In this document: positions 1-7,425 of the stretch, one piece after another
Layout: each line of letters starts with the position of its first letter
Position numbering within the stretch: position 1 is the first letter of the stretch
Origin: an uncultured Actinomycetota bacterium
GTDB taxonomy: Bacteria; Actinomycetota; Humimicrobiia; Humimicrobiales; Humimicrobiaceae
Assembly: GCA_964387355.1 (NCBI GenBank)
Contig: CAYLWJ010000104.1
Span: forward strand, 1-63,184
Length of the DNA: 63,184 bases
Reading direction: 5' to 3'
The notes under the pieces: generated by a model
Told to the model about the DNA's origin: nothing
Seen by the model: only the letters and a program-made list of their open reading frames with translations
Database searches by the model: none
Position numbers and translations under genes: made by a program

Positions 1-605
1 TTTTAATAATTTTAAAAATTGTTTTAATTTATTTAATTTATTTAAGAATTTTTAATTTAAATTCTAGTTTGTTATATAGTATTTATGGGCATGGATTAAA
101 TGAAGATTTTAATATAATTTTCAAAAATATTTATATTGCTAATATTATAAGTCTTACTAATGTAAACATTACTAATATTTGTTTTTTAGGGCTTGTTTTA
201 ACATTCGCTCCAATATTTGGGAGAGTCTCAATGCTCTATCTTTTTTCTAAGTATGATTGTGCTGTAAAAAATAAAAGTCTAGTACTTCTTTTTAAAGGAG
301 AAAATAATAAAAAGGTCTTTTTGGTGCAATCAATTTTATACTCGATAATTTTTATAGTTTTAAATGCTTTTGTTGGGTTTTCTTATAACAATTTTTTGTT
401 TTTAGAAAATTTATTAATTTTAAAAAGTCTATTATTAATTGGATTTGTTTTTATATTTATTGTTATTACAGCAAAGGTATTAACAAAAAAAATTAATGGA
501 ATAACTGGTGATATTGTTGGCGCAGTTTCTGTTTTAACAGAAGTTTGTTTTTTGTTTTTTTATTATTTATTCATAAATATTTTTATAAATATTTATAAAG
601 TTTAA
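1..605 (+). CDS. cobS: adenosylcobinamide-GDP ribazoletransferase (cobalamin-5'-phosphate synthase), 5' end lies outside the window
   Basis: The reading frame is open from base 3 to the stop at 603-605, with no stop upstream of the tracker's TTG at 69, so the gene runs off the left edge. The C-terminal 'INGITGDIVGAVSVLTEVCFLFF' matches the conserved GG-x-TGD-x-LGA C-terminal motif of CobS. The profile is hydrophobic and multi-TM. It sits next to a BtuCD-type importer. Confidence 0.6.
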   Translation, partial: LIILKIVLIYLIYLRIFNLNSSLLYSIYGHGLNEDFNIIFKNIYIANIISLTNVNITNICFLGLVLTFAPIFGRVSMLYLFSKYDCAVKNKSLVLLFKGENNKKVFLVQSILYSIIFIVLNAFVGFSYNNFLFLENLLILKSLLLIGFVFIFIVITAKVLTKKINGITGDIVGAVSVLTEVCFLFFYYLFINIFINIYKV

Positions 606-627
606 TTATAAAATCCTTTTAAATTAA

Positions 628-1683
628 ATGGAAAAAACTCAAATTAAAACAAAACATGTATATAGGTATATAATTTTTTTACTGCTTATTTTGGTTTGTC
701 TTATTTTGTTGTCAGCTTCTTTAGGTTCAGCAAAGGTCCCAATTAAAAAAACTGCAATAATTATAGCAAGCTACATACCGGCAGTTAATTATTTTATCGA
801 TAAATCAAATATTAACCCCTTAGATGAAAAAATCATCACAAAAATCAGGCTTCCAAGAATTTTTCTATCTATTGCTGTTGGTGTTGCTTTAGCATGTGCC
901 GGGGTTATTTATCAGGGTATTTTTAGAAACCCACTTGCTGACCCTTTTATTATTGGTGTTTCTGCAGGTGCATCCATTGGTGCAACAATAGGTTTATTAT
1001 TTATAACACAAATTAAATTTATTTCATTATCAGCAGCAAGCATCTTTGCTTTTATTGGCGCAATTGGGGTTACATTTACAGTATATAATATTTCAAGGAT
1101 AAAAAATAAAATTTCAGTTGTTACTCTTCTTTTGGCTGGGGTTGCTTTGAGTGCACTTATTAATTCAATAAATTCATTTATATTAATTTTTAAAACTCAT
1201 GATATGGCAAAGGTGATTTTTTGGCTGATGGGGGGCTTAACATCTGCTACATGGCAGCAGTTTTTTATTGTTTTTCCCATTGTTGCAATTATTTTTATAT
1301 TCTGCAGTTTCTTTATGAGAGACTTGAATATAATTTCTCTAAGTGATGAAAGAGCTTCTCAGCTTGGAGTTGAAACTGAAAAAGTAAAGCTGCTGCTATT
1401 GATACTTGCATCATTAATTGCTGCTTCTGCTGTTTCTGTAAGTGGAATTATTGGATTTGTAGGGTTGATTACTCCACATATAATGCGAATAATTGTTGGG
1501 CCTGATCATAAAGTTTTATTTCCAACTTCAGCTTTAGCTGGCGGGATAGTACTTTTATTTTCAGATACCTTAGCAAGACTAGTTTTAGAGCCAAGAGAAA
1601 TACCAGTTGGCATTATAACCTCAATCATTGGTGTACCTTTTTTTATTTATTTGCTAGTTAAGTCCAAAAGACAAGTTTTTTAA
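628..1683 (+). CDS. FecCD/BtuC-family ABC importer permease (cobalamin / iron-siderophore type)
   Basis: 351-aa polytopic protein. It carries the FecCD signature stretch 'RLPRIFLSIAVGVALACAGVIYQGIFRNPLADPFIIGVSAGAS' and a C-terminal 'PVGIITSIIGVPFFIYLL'. Confidence 0.85.
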   Translation: MEKTQIKTKHVYRYIIFLLLILVCLILLSASLGSAKVPIKKTAIIIASYIPAVNYFIDKSNINPLDEKIITKIRLPRIFLSIAVGVALACAGVIYQGIFRNPLADPFIIGVSAGASIGATIGLLFITQIKFISLSAASIFAFIGAIGVTFTVYNISRIKNKISVVTLLLAGVALSALINSINSFILIFKTHDMAKVIFWLMGGLTSATWQQFFIVFPIVAIIFIFCSFFMRDLNIISLSDERASQLGVETEKVKLLLLILASLIAASAVSVSGIIGFVGLITPHIMRIIVGPDHKVLFPTSALAGGIVLLFSDTLARLVLEPREIPVGIITSIIGVPFFIYLLVKSKRQVF

Positions 1684-1819
1684 AATAGGATAGATAGGAT
1701 AGGTAATTTAGATATTTAAGATAATATGAAAACTTACAAATTTTAAATAAAAATATTATTTATTTATTTATTTATTTATTATTTCTTGTTATTTAGTGTT
1801 ATTTATTATTAAGTAAATT

Positions 1820-3322
1820 ATGCGTGATTTAGCAATAGAAATAAAAAATTTAAGTTTTTCATATCTACCCTTAGCTAAAAACTTTGAAAGCTTTGATATA
1901 GTTAAAAAATCAATTACAAAGCATCAAGAGCATCCAGAGTGTCCAGAGCGTCAAGATTACATAGATTCTTCAGATTATTCAAAGAATTTGGGGAATTCAA
2001 ATTACTCAGAGTACTCCAAAGTTAAAATTAAAAATACACTTAAAATTAAAAATAATGTTTTAAATAATATTAATTTAGAAGTAGAGCAAGGTAGCTTTGT
2101 TTCAATATTAGGACCAAATGGTTCAGGAAAAAGCACTCTAATTAATTTAATTAGTAAAGTTTTAAAAGATTATAGCGGAACAATAAAAATCTTTGGCAGA
2201 GATATTAAAGCCCTAAGCTCTAAAGAAATTGCAAAGTTTGTTTCAGTAGTTCCACAATATTCTGATGTGCAGTTTAATTTTTCAGTCGAAGAAATGGTTT
2301 TAATGGGCAGGTATCCTTATATTCCCAGATTTGGTTCTGAAAAGCTTAAAGATTTTGAAATTGCTGAGAGGGCAATGTATTTAACAAAAACATTTGAGCT
2401 TAGAGACAAAAAAGTTGGCGAGCTTTCAGGTGGTGAAAAGCAAAGAGTTATTATTGCACAGGCATTGGCTCAAGACAGCCCTATTATATTGCTTGATGAA
2501 CCAACTTCTCACCTTGATATAAATTTTCAAATTGAAATTATGGAATTATTTTCAAATATAAATAAAAATGAACATAAAACAGTAGTTGGGATTTTTCATG
2601 ATATAAATCTTGCAGCAAATTATTCAGAATATATAGTTTTTTTAAAACGTGGGCAGGTTTTTGCAAGCGGCAGTATTGAAAATACTATTACTCGGGAAAA
2701 TATTAAAAATGTTTTTAATAGCGATGTTTATATTGGAAGAAATCCATTTACTGGAAAAATTTACATAAGTCCAACTTTTTTAAAAACACACATAAAAAAA
2801 GAAGAAAAACATGCTTATAAAGAATCTGAAAAATATAAAAGATATGAAAAGCTTAAAATTCATGTTATAGGAGGTGGAGGTGCTGCCTCGCCAATTCTTA
2901 ATTTTCTTGATAGTTTGGGCTTTATAGTAACTTGCGGCGTAGTAAATTATTTGGACAGCGATCTTAATACAGCACAAGCCCTTGGAATTAATTATGTAAG
3001 TGAAGCTCCATTTTCTCCGATAAGCACTGCAACCCAAAATCAAAATCTTGATTTTATTAAACAAAGCGATATAGTTATACTTCCGCCAGTTGTTTTTGGA
3101 CATGGTAATTTTTCAAACCTGCTTTCTGTAAAACAGGCCATAAAAATGGGTAAAAAAGTAATTGTTATTGATAAAGGCGATATTGAAAAAAGAGATTTTA
3201 CTGGCGGCAAAGCGGCAAAAATATATAATAAGATTTTACAAAACAGTAAACCACAGAAAGATATAATTATAATTGATGATATTAATAAATTAGAGCAGAT
3301 TTTAGAAAGTGTCAGTATCTAA
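1820..3322 (+). CDS. ABC transporter ATP-binding protein (FecE/BtuD type) with an internal insertion and an extra ~170-aa C-terminal domain
   Basis: Walker A 'GPNGSGKST', signature 'LSGGEKQRV', Walker B 'ILLDEPTSHLD' and H-loop 'IFHDINLA' are all present. About 55 low-complexity residues (HQEHPECPERQDYIDSSDYS...) sit between the first strand and Walker A. After the cassette comes 'KIHVIGGGGAASPILNFLDSLGFIVTCGVV...', a Rossmann-like alpha/beta pattern. Confidence 0.8.
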   Translation: MRDLAIEIKNLSFSYLPLAKNFESFDIVKKSITKHQEHPECPERQDYIDSSDYSKNLGNSNYSEYSKVKIKNTLKIKNNVLNNINLEVEQGSFVSILGPNGSGKSTLINLISKVLKDYSGTIKIFGRDIKALSSKEIAKFVSVVPQYSDVQFNFSVEEMVLMGRYPYIPRFGSEKLKDFEIAERAMYLTKTFELRDKKVGELSGGEKQRVIIAQALAQDSPIILLDEPTSHLDINFQIEIMELFSNINKNEHKTVVGIFHDINLAANYSEYIVFLKRGQVFASGSIENTITRENIKNVFNSDVYIGRNPFTGKIYISPTFLKTHIKKEEKHAYKESEKYKRYEKLKIHVIGGGGAASPILNFLDSLGFIVTCGVVNYLDSDLNTAQALGINYVSEAPFSPISTATQNQNLDFIKQSDIVILPPVVFGHGNFSNLLSVKQAIKMGKKVIVIDKGDIEKRDFTGGKAAKIYNKILQNSKPQKDIIIIDDINKLEQILESVSI

Positions 3323-3370
3323 AATTTAATGATAGCAATAATATAAAACTTTAAGGGTAAGTATGAGTTA
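3305..3370 (+). repeat. dispersed intergenic element, copy A (decayed); overlaps the last 18 nt and the stop codon of the ABC ATPase gene
   Basis: gaaag...ctaaaatttaaTGATAGcaataatataaaaCTTTAAGGGTAAGTATGAGTTA. It aligns with copies at 37460-37519 and 43520-43600 (shared TGATAGYAAYA block and CTT(T)AAGKGYARGTRTGRGTTWA block). Confidence 0.55.
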
Positions 3371-3374
3371 TTTC

Positions 3375-3410
3375 AAAAACAAAAAAAGCTTTTCTTCAGC
3401 GAGGAAAAGC
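3375..3410 (-). terminator. Rho-independent terminator-like hairpin oriented for the minus strand (orphan)
   Basis: Perfect 7-bp stem gcttttc (3388-3394) / gaaaagc (3404-3410) with a 9-nt loop. On the minus strand it is followed by TTTTTTTGTTTTT (complement of 3375-3387). No minus-strand ORF ends nearby. Confidence 0.45.
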
Positions 3411-3531
3411 GTACTTAAGTTTAAAAAGTTATTAAAATTTAAATGATTTTGATAAAATTATACAAATATTATACAAATATTAATTAACAAGTAATATAAA
3501 TTATATACGGGTATACAAGAAGGGAGTTTTT

Positions 3532-3726
3532 ATGGAATGTAGGAAAGAAAAAAATTTATCTATCTGCAACTGTACTTATGAGCCCTGTTCAAGAAAGGGT
3601 ATTTGTTGTGAATGTATTCAATATCACAGATTGTCAGGTGAACTTCCTGCTTGTTATTTTAATGCAAAAGATGAAAAAACTTATAATAGGTCAATTAGCT
3701 TTTTTATAAAAACACACTCAAAGTAA
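3532..3726 (+). CDS. small cysteine-rich protein, DUF6485-like
   Basis: 64 aa, '[21 protein letters not shown]...LPACYF' cysteine pattern as I remember it for the DUF6485 family. A good SD (agaagggag) lies 7 nt upstream of the ATG. Confidence 0.6.
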   Translation: MECRKEKNLSICNCTYEPCSRKGICCECIQYHRLSGELPACYFNAKDEKTYNRSISFFIKTHSK

Positions 3727-3781
3727 AAACTTTATAAAAATTGGGTAAAATTAATAATAAAAAAATTAATAGTAAAAAATA

Positions 3782-4567
3782 ATGCAAGGTTGCTTATATT
3801 ATATTAAGAATTTAAACTATGGTAATTTCTCTACACAAATTGGAAATATTTTTTATATTTGGTTTACAAGTAGTCAAATAAATCAAATAAAAAATGATTT
3901 TATTAAAGATAGTTTAATTTTTATTAAGGATAGTTTTACAAATTATGATTTTATGAATTATCAATGTATTAATAATGACAAAATAAATAATACTGACAAA
4001 ATAAAAAATAAAATAAAAATAAAAGATAAGATAAGCTTGGTATTTTTATCAAATAACCAAAATTCGTTTAATAATTATCTAAAAGAGTTAAAGACATGTT
4101 TTAATAGAATCAAACCTTTTAAAACTTTTAAGAATATTAAAAATATTAAAAATATTAATAAAATTAATAAAATTAACTTTAACAATGAAAAACATTATCT
4201 ACAGAGTAGCTCATTATTTATTCAGAAAAAATCAGAAATTATTGAAAAAAGTATCTTGAATTTTTTAAATGGTAAAAGTAAAAAAATAGAAATCAATTAC
4301 TTTTTTTTAACTGGAAGTGATTTTGAAAAGAAAATTTGGGCGTCAACTTGTAGAATTCCTTATGGGAAAACTGCAAGTTATAAAGAGGTTGCGCGGCTTT
4401 CAGGTTATCCTAAGGCTTGGCGTGCTGCTGGTACTGCACTTGGAAAAAATCCTTTAATGTTAGTTGTTCCATGCCATAGAGTAATAAAAGCTTCAGGTGA
4501 TATAGGTTTGTTTGGTGGAGGTACAGATGTTAAAAAATTTTTATTAAGACTTGAAGGATTTTGCTAA
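3782..4567 (+). CDS. ogt: methylated-DNA--protein-cysteine methyltransferase with an Asn/Lys-rich insertion
   Basis: The C-terminal 'IPYGKTASYKEVARLSGYPKAWRAAGTALGKNPLMLVVPCHRVIKASGDIGLFGGG' contains the PCHRV active site. The central ~100 aa are N/K/I low complexity encoded by 9-nt repeats (aatattaaa). Confidence 0.85.
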   Translation: MQGCLYYIKNLNYGNFSTQIGNIFYIWFTSSQINQIKNDFIKDSLIFIKDSFTNYDFMNYQCINNDKINNTDKIKNKIKIKDKISLVFLSNNQNSFNNYLKELKTCFNRIKPFKTFKNIKNIKNINKINKINFNNEKHYLQSSSLFIQKKSEIIEKSILNFLNGKSKKIEINYFFLTGSDFEKKIWASTCRIPYGKTASYKEVARLSGYPKAWRAAGTALGKNPLMLVVPCHRVIKASGDIGLFGGGTDVKKFLLRLEGFC

Positions 4568-7045
4568 TTTTTTTAGTTTTTTAATAAAAGAATTGTAAAA
4601 ATTGTAAATTAAAATTATAAAAATTATAATCCACCCTATAGAAGTTAAGGTCACTCCAATTTTATTTGCGTAAGTCATACCATAATACAAGGTTACTTTT
4701 TTTTGAGTGGGAAATACAAGCATAAAAGAAGGGGAAACTAAATAAGGACCTTCTGCCCCAACTGCATGCCAGTTTGGAAAATATGATACCTTTATTAGAT
4801 GAGGCTGACCTATGCCTGTTGTTTCAAACTCAATTTTTTCTCTTTGAATGTTTTCACTTAAAATTTCTCCTTTTGGCTGGTTTATAGGATTTGATGGTAC
4901 TGACTGCAAATCATTGTTTTTAATTTCTTTGAATTTTTGTATATATGTACTGCCGTCATCATAAATTACAGGGTTGTCTAAATTTTCTGGATTTAAATAC
5001 CATTTCTTTATATCCCAAACCCAATTATCAGTAGGCTTATATCTAAACGGCATGTTATCTAAAATTTCAACATAATTATGTTTTCCTCTTATTTCATAAA
5101 AATAATAAGGTTCAATTTTGTTTAAGAAAACTACGCTGTTATCATTATTTAAATCGCTTATTACTTCCGGGGAGCTTGCCATAATATATGTAATGTTAAA
5201 ATATTTTAAGTGCATCATAGCAGCGTCATAGTTTCTAGAAGGGACTGTCCATCCAGCTACTGTTCCTCTTGGTTTAACCGAAAGTTCTGCTTGATTTATG
5301 TAATGAAAAGGTGCAGTTAGTGAGCTTTCAACTAAAAGCCCTTCCATCCCTGCTTGATGTGTCCAGAATGGAATTAGTTCAAATGCCCTTGGGGTGCCAT
5401 ATTTTTGAATAATTTCTTTATCAAATTCAAACATTACTCTTCCATAAGGCAAACTATCTAAATATTTCATTAACTTATTATAAGTTTTCCATTCCTCTTT
5501 TGATTCATAACCAGTATAATTATGCCTTGCCCATGCAGGAGCAAGAGGATTTCCTAAAAGAATTGCACCAGAAACTAAAAATGCAATTGTTGGGATTAAG
5601 AAAAATATTAAAAATTTAAATAAAATATTTTTGTAATTATTCTTATAATTTATGCAATTATCAAAATCTAAATTGCCTGATTTTTCTTTAAATTTATTTT
5701 TAATTTTAATATTCTTAATATTTTTAATATTTTTGGTAGTCTGGAAAATAGTAAATATAAATTTTGTAAGTCTGCCTTGACTTTTTCCATTTGAAATACT
5801 TTGAACACGCCTATTTTTAAAAAAATCTGGTATTTTTGAAATTGTAATCCAATAAAGATTTGAAAGCCCATAAGAGGCAAGTAAATGTATAAATATAAAT
5901 ATAAAGGGCAAAAACCTTGCATTATATAGTCTTCCATTGCTAATTGTAAAAAACAGTGCAGTAAAAACTATAATTGACCAAATGACTGGAATTAATTTTT
6001 TATCTTTTTTAATTATGTAAAAATATAGCCCAACAGCACCAAACACTAAAGCAGGTATAATTTCAAGAGGAAAAAGTTCTTTTATGTTGCGGATACTTGT
6101 CCAATGCATTTCTGGAGTAAATTTTATTAAAAGGACAAATGGTAAAGACCAGAATGCTGATAGAAAAAATCCTAATACTAAAACTGCAGCAATATATCTT
6201 ATACTTTTAAAGTTTCTAAATATTAATAACAGGCTTGGAACAATAATCAAAACTGCAATTAATGTAATTAAATGAGTAAGAACTATGCAGCAAAGAATTA
6301 TACCATTTAAAACAAAAAGCCAGTCATACTTTTTTTTCTCAGCTCCCCTATAAAGTGTTGCAATAAATAGAAATATTAAACCAAAACTAATTGAATAGCT
6401 AAATTCGCCTGCAAATGTCCCTAAAAAATTTCCACCATAAATTTTAAAGCTTTTCATATACAGAAAAGCAAGCGAACCAATTGCTGCAAGCTGAGGATAA
6501 GGATACTTAAATCTAAATAATTTTGAACCATAGTAAATTGTTAAAGGGAGTATTAAACTGCCAAGGACTGTTATTAATTTAAAAGCAATATTATATCCAA
6601 CAATTTTACTAAGCAATGCTATTAAAAAAAATGGAAGTGGAAAGTAGAAAGTAAGCATTGGCATTCCAGCAAACCAGCCCATATCCCAGCCTGTCATTCT
6701 AAATTTTGGTAGTAAATTATCAATAAAAAATTTTGCAATATAATTGTGTGCGCCAGTATCACCACCATTTGTAGTTGTGTTTTTAAATATTAAGGTAGGT
6801 GGAAAGCAGTAAAATAACATGATGTAAATGATTACAAAAGTAATAATTATTGAAAGATTTAAATAAAATTTTTTGTTAGAAAATAAATTAATCGAACTTA
6901 ATGCAGTCCTGTTAAATGGCACAGAATATTTATTGGAGTTGTTAATGATTTTTTTAATGCACTTTATTTTTTTAATGCAGACAATTATTTTACAGCTTAT
7001 TTTTTCTGAGATTAACTTTTTTATTTTTGTAAATAATTTAAGCAT
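4544..7045 (-). CDS. large polytopic membrane protein with a C-terminal soluble domain (GT-C-like / COG5617-type, function unknown)
   Basis: 833 aa with many TM helices in the first ~500 aa. 'GGDTGAHNYIAKFF...GWDMGWFAGMPMLTFYFPLPF' resembles the membrane proteins often labelled '6-pyruvoyl-tetrahydropterin synthase-related' (from memory). It contains an internal KNIKNIKNIKIKNK insert. Confidence 0.5.
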   Translation of the reverse strand: MLKLFTKIKKLISEKISCKIIVCIKKIKCIKKIINNSNKYSVPFNRTALSSINLFSNKKFYLNLSIIITFVIIYIMLFYCFPPTLIFKNTTTNGGDTGAHNYIAKFFIDNLLPKFRMTGWDMGWFAGMPMLTFYFPLPFFLIALLSKIVGYNIAFKLITVLGSLILPLTIYYGSKLFRFKYPYPQLAAIGSLAFLYMKSFKIYGGNFLGTFAGEFSYSISFGLIFLFIATLYRGAEKKKYDWLFVLNGIILCCIVLTHLITLIAVLIIVPSLLLIFRNFKSIRYIAAVLVLGFFLSAFWSLPFVLLIKFTPEMHWTSIRNIKELFPLEIIPALVFGAVGLYFYIIKKDKKLIPVIWSIIVFTALFFTISNGRLYNARFLPFIFIFIHLLASYGLSNLYWITISKIPDFFKNRRVQSISNGKSQGRLTKFIFTIFQTTKNIKNIKNIKIKNKFKEKSGNLDFDNCINYKNNYKNILFKFLIFFLIPTIAFLVSGAILLGNPLAPAWARHNYTGYESKEEWKTYNKLMKYLDSLPYGRVMFEFDKEIIQKYGTPRAFELIPFWTHQAGMEGLLVESSLTAPFHYINQAELSVKPRGTVAGWTVPSRNYDAAMMHLKYFNITYIMASSPEVISDLNNDNSVVFLNKIEPYYFYEIRGKHNYVEILDNMPFRYKPTDNWVWDIKKWYLNPENLDNPVIYDDGSTYIQKFKEIKNNDLQSVPSNPINQPKGEILSENIQREKIEFETTGIGQPHLIKVSYFPNWHAVGAEGPYLVSPSFMLVFPTQKKVTLYYGMTYANKIGVTLTSIGWIIIFIILIYNFYNSFIKKLKKLAKSFKS

Positions 7046-7330
7046 TTTAAATAATAAAAATTATCTTTAAATAAGTCATAATTATAAATTACTAAGATTT
7101 TTTTATCATTATAAAATACAAATATAATTTTATTTTTTTAAGGTAATTGCAAATAAAATTGCTAATAAAAATGTTTTTTTTCTAAAGAAAACTAAAAATT
7201 GGCGATAATTATTTTTTATTTTTGAGTACTTTAAGAAAATTAAACTTGTGGAGTTTTTATTATGATATTTCTTTAATATTTTAGCTTTTAAAATATTTGA
7301 TATTTATTTTTATAAAACTTATAGATATTT

Positions 7331-7359
7331 TTGTTACTTTGTGTTAATATTTGTATAAT
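7331..7359 (+). promoter_or_regulatory. sigma-70-like promoter candidate for the pel operon
   Basis: TTGTTA (7331-7336), a 17-nt spacer, then TATAAT (7354-7359), about 67 nt upstream of the pelD TTG start. This is an AT-rich context, so chance matches are common. Confidence 0.35.
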
Positions 7360-7425
7360 ATTATTATTTATTAAATTTTTAAATTTTTAATTTATAAAAA
7401 TATTTTTAAGGGGAGAGGTTGAAAT

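Noticed and set aside
69-605. cobS looked like an N-terminally truncated pseudogene because the tracker ORF starts at 69 and lacks the HxDGxxD catalytic region
   Set aside because: The frame is open all the way to base 3. The missing part is simply beyond the window edge.
2780-3103. Antisense or alternative-frame ORFs inside well-supported genes: 2780-3103, 5668-5937, 6084-6275, 6873-7070, 8235-8423, 10215-10490, 12871-14064, 17617-17979, 19323-19568, 23640-24233, 26726-26998, 28111-28293, 30954-31247, 33357-34564, 37729-37947, 38052-38712, 39430-40051, 42721-42951, 43733-44122, 44635-44986, 45476-45709, 46620-47103, 51913-52104, 53554-54089, 56284-56466, 56857-57039, 58804-59034, 59302-59502, 60351-60707, 60904-61092
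   Set aside because: Each overlaps a gene with clear family motifs on the other strand or frame. Their translations are low-complexity or hydrophobic shadows without recognisable motifs, which is expected in AT-rich DNA where stop codons are depleted on the antisense strand of coding regions.
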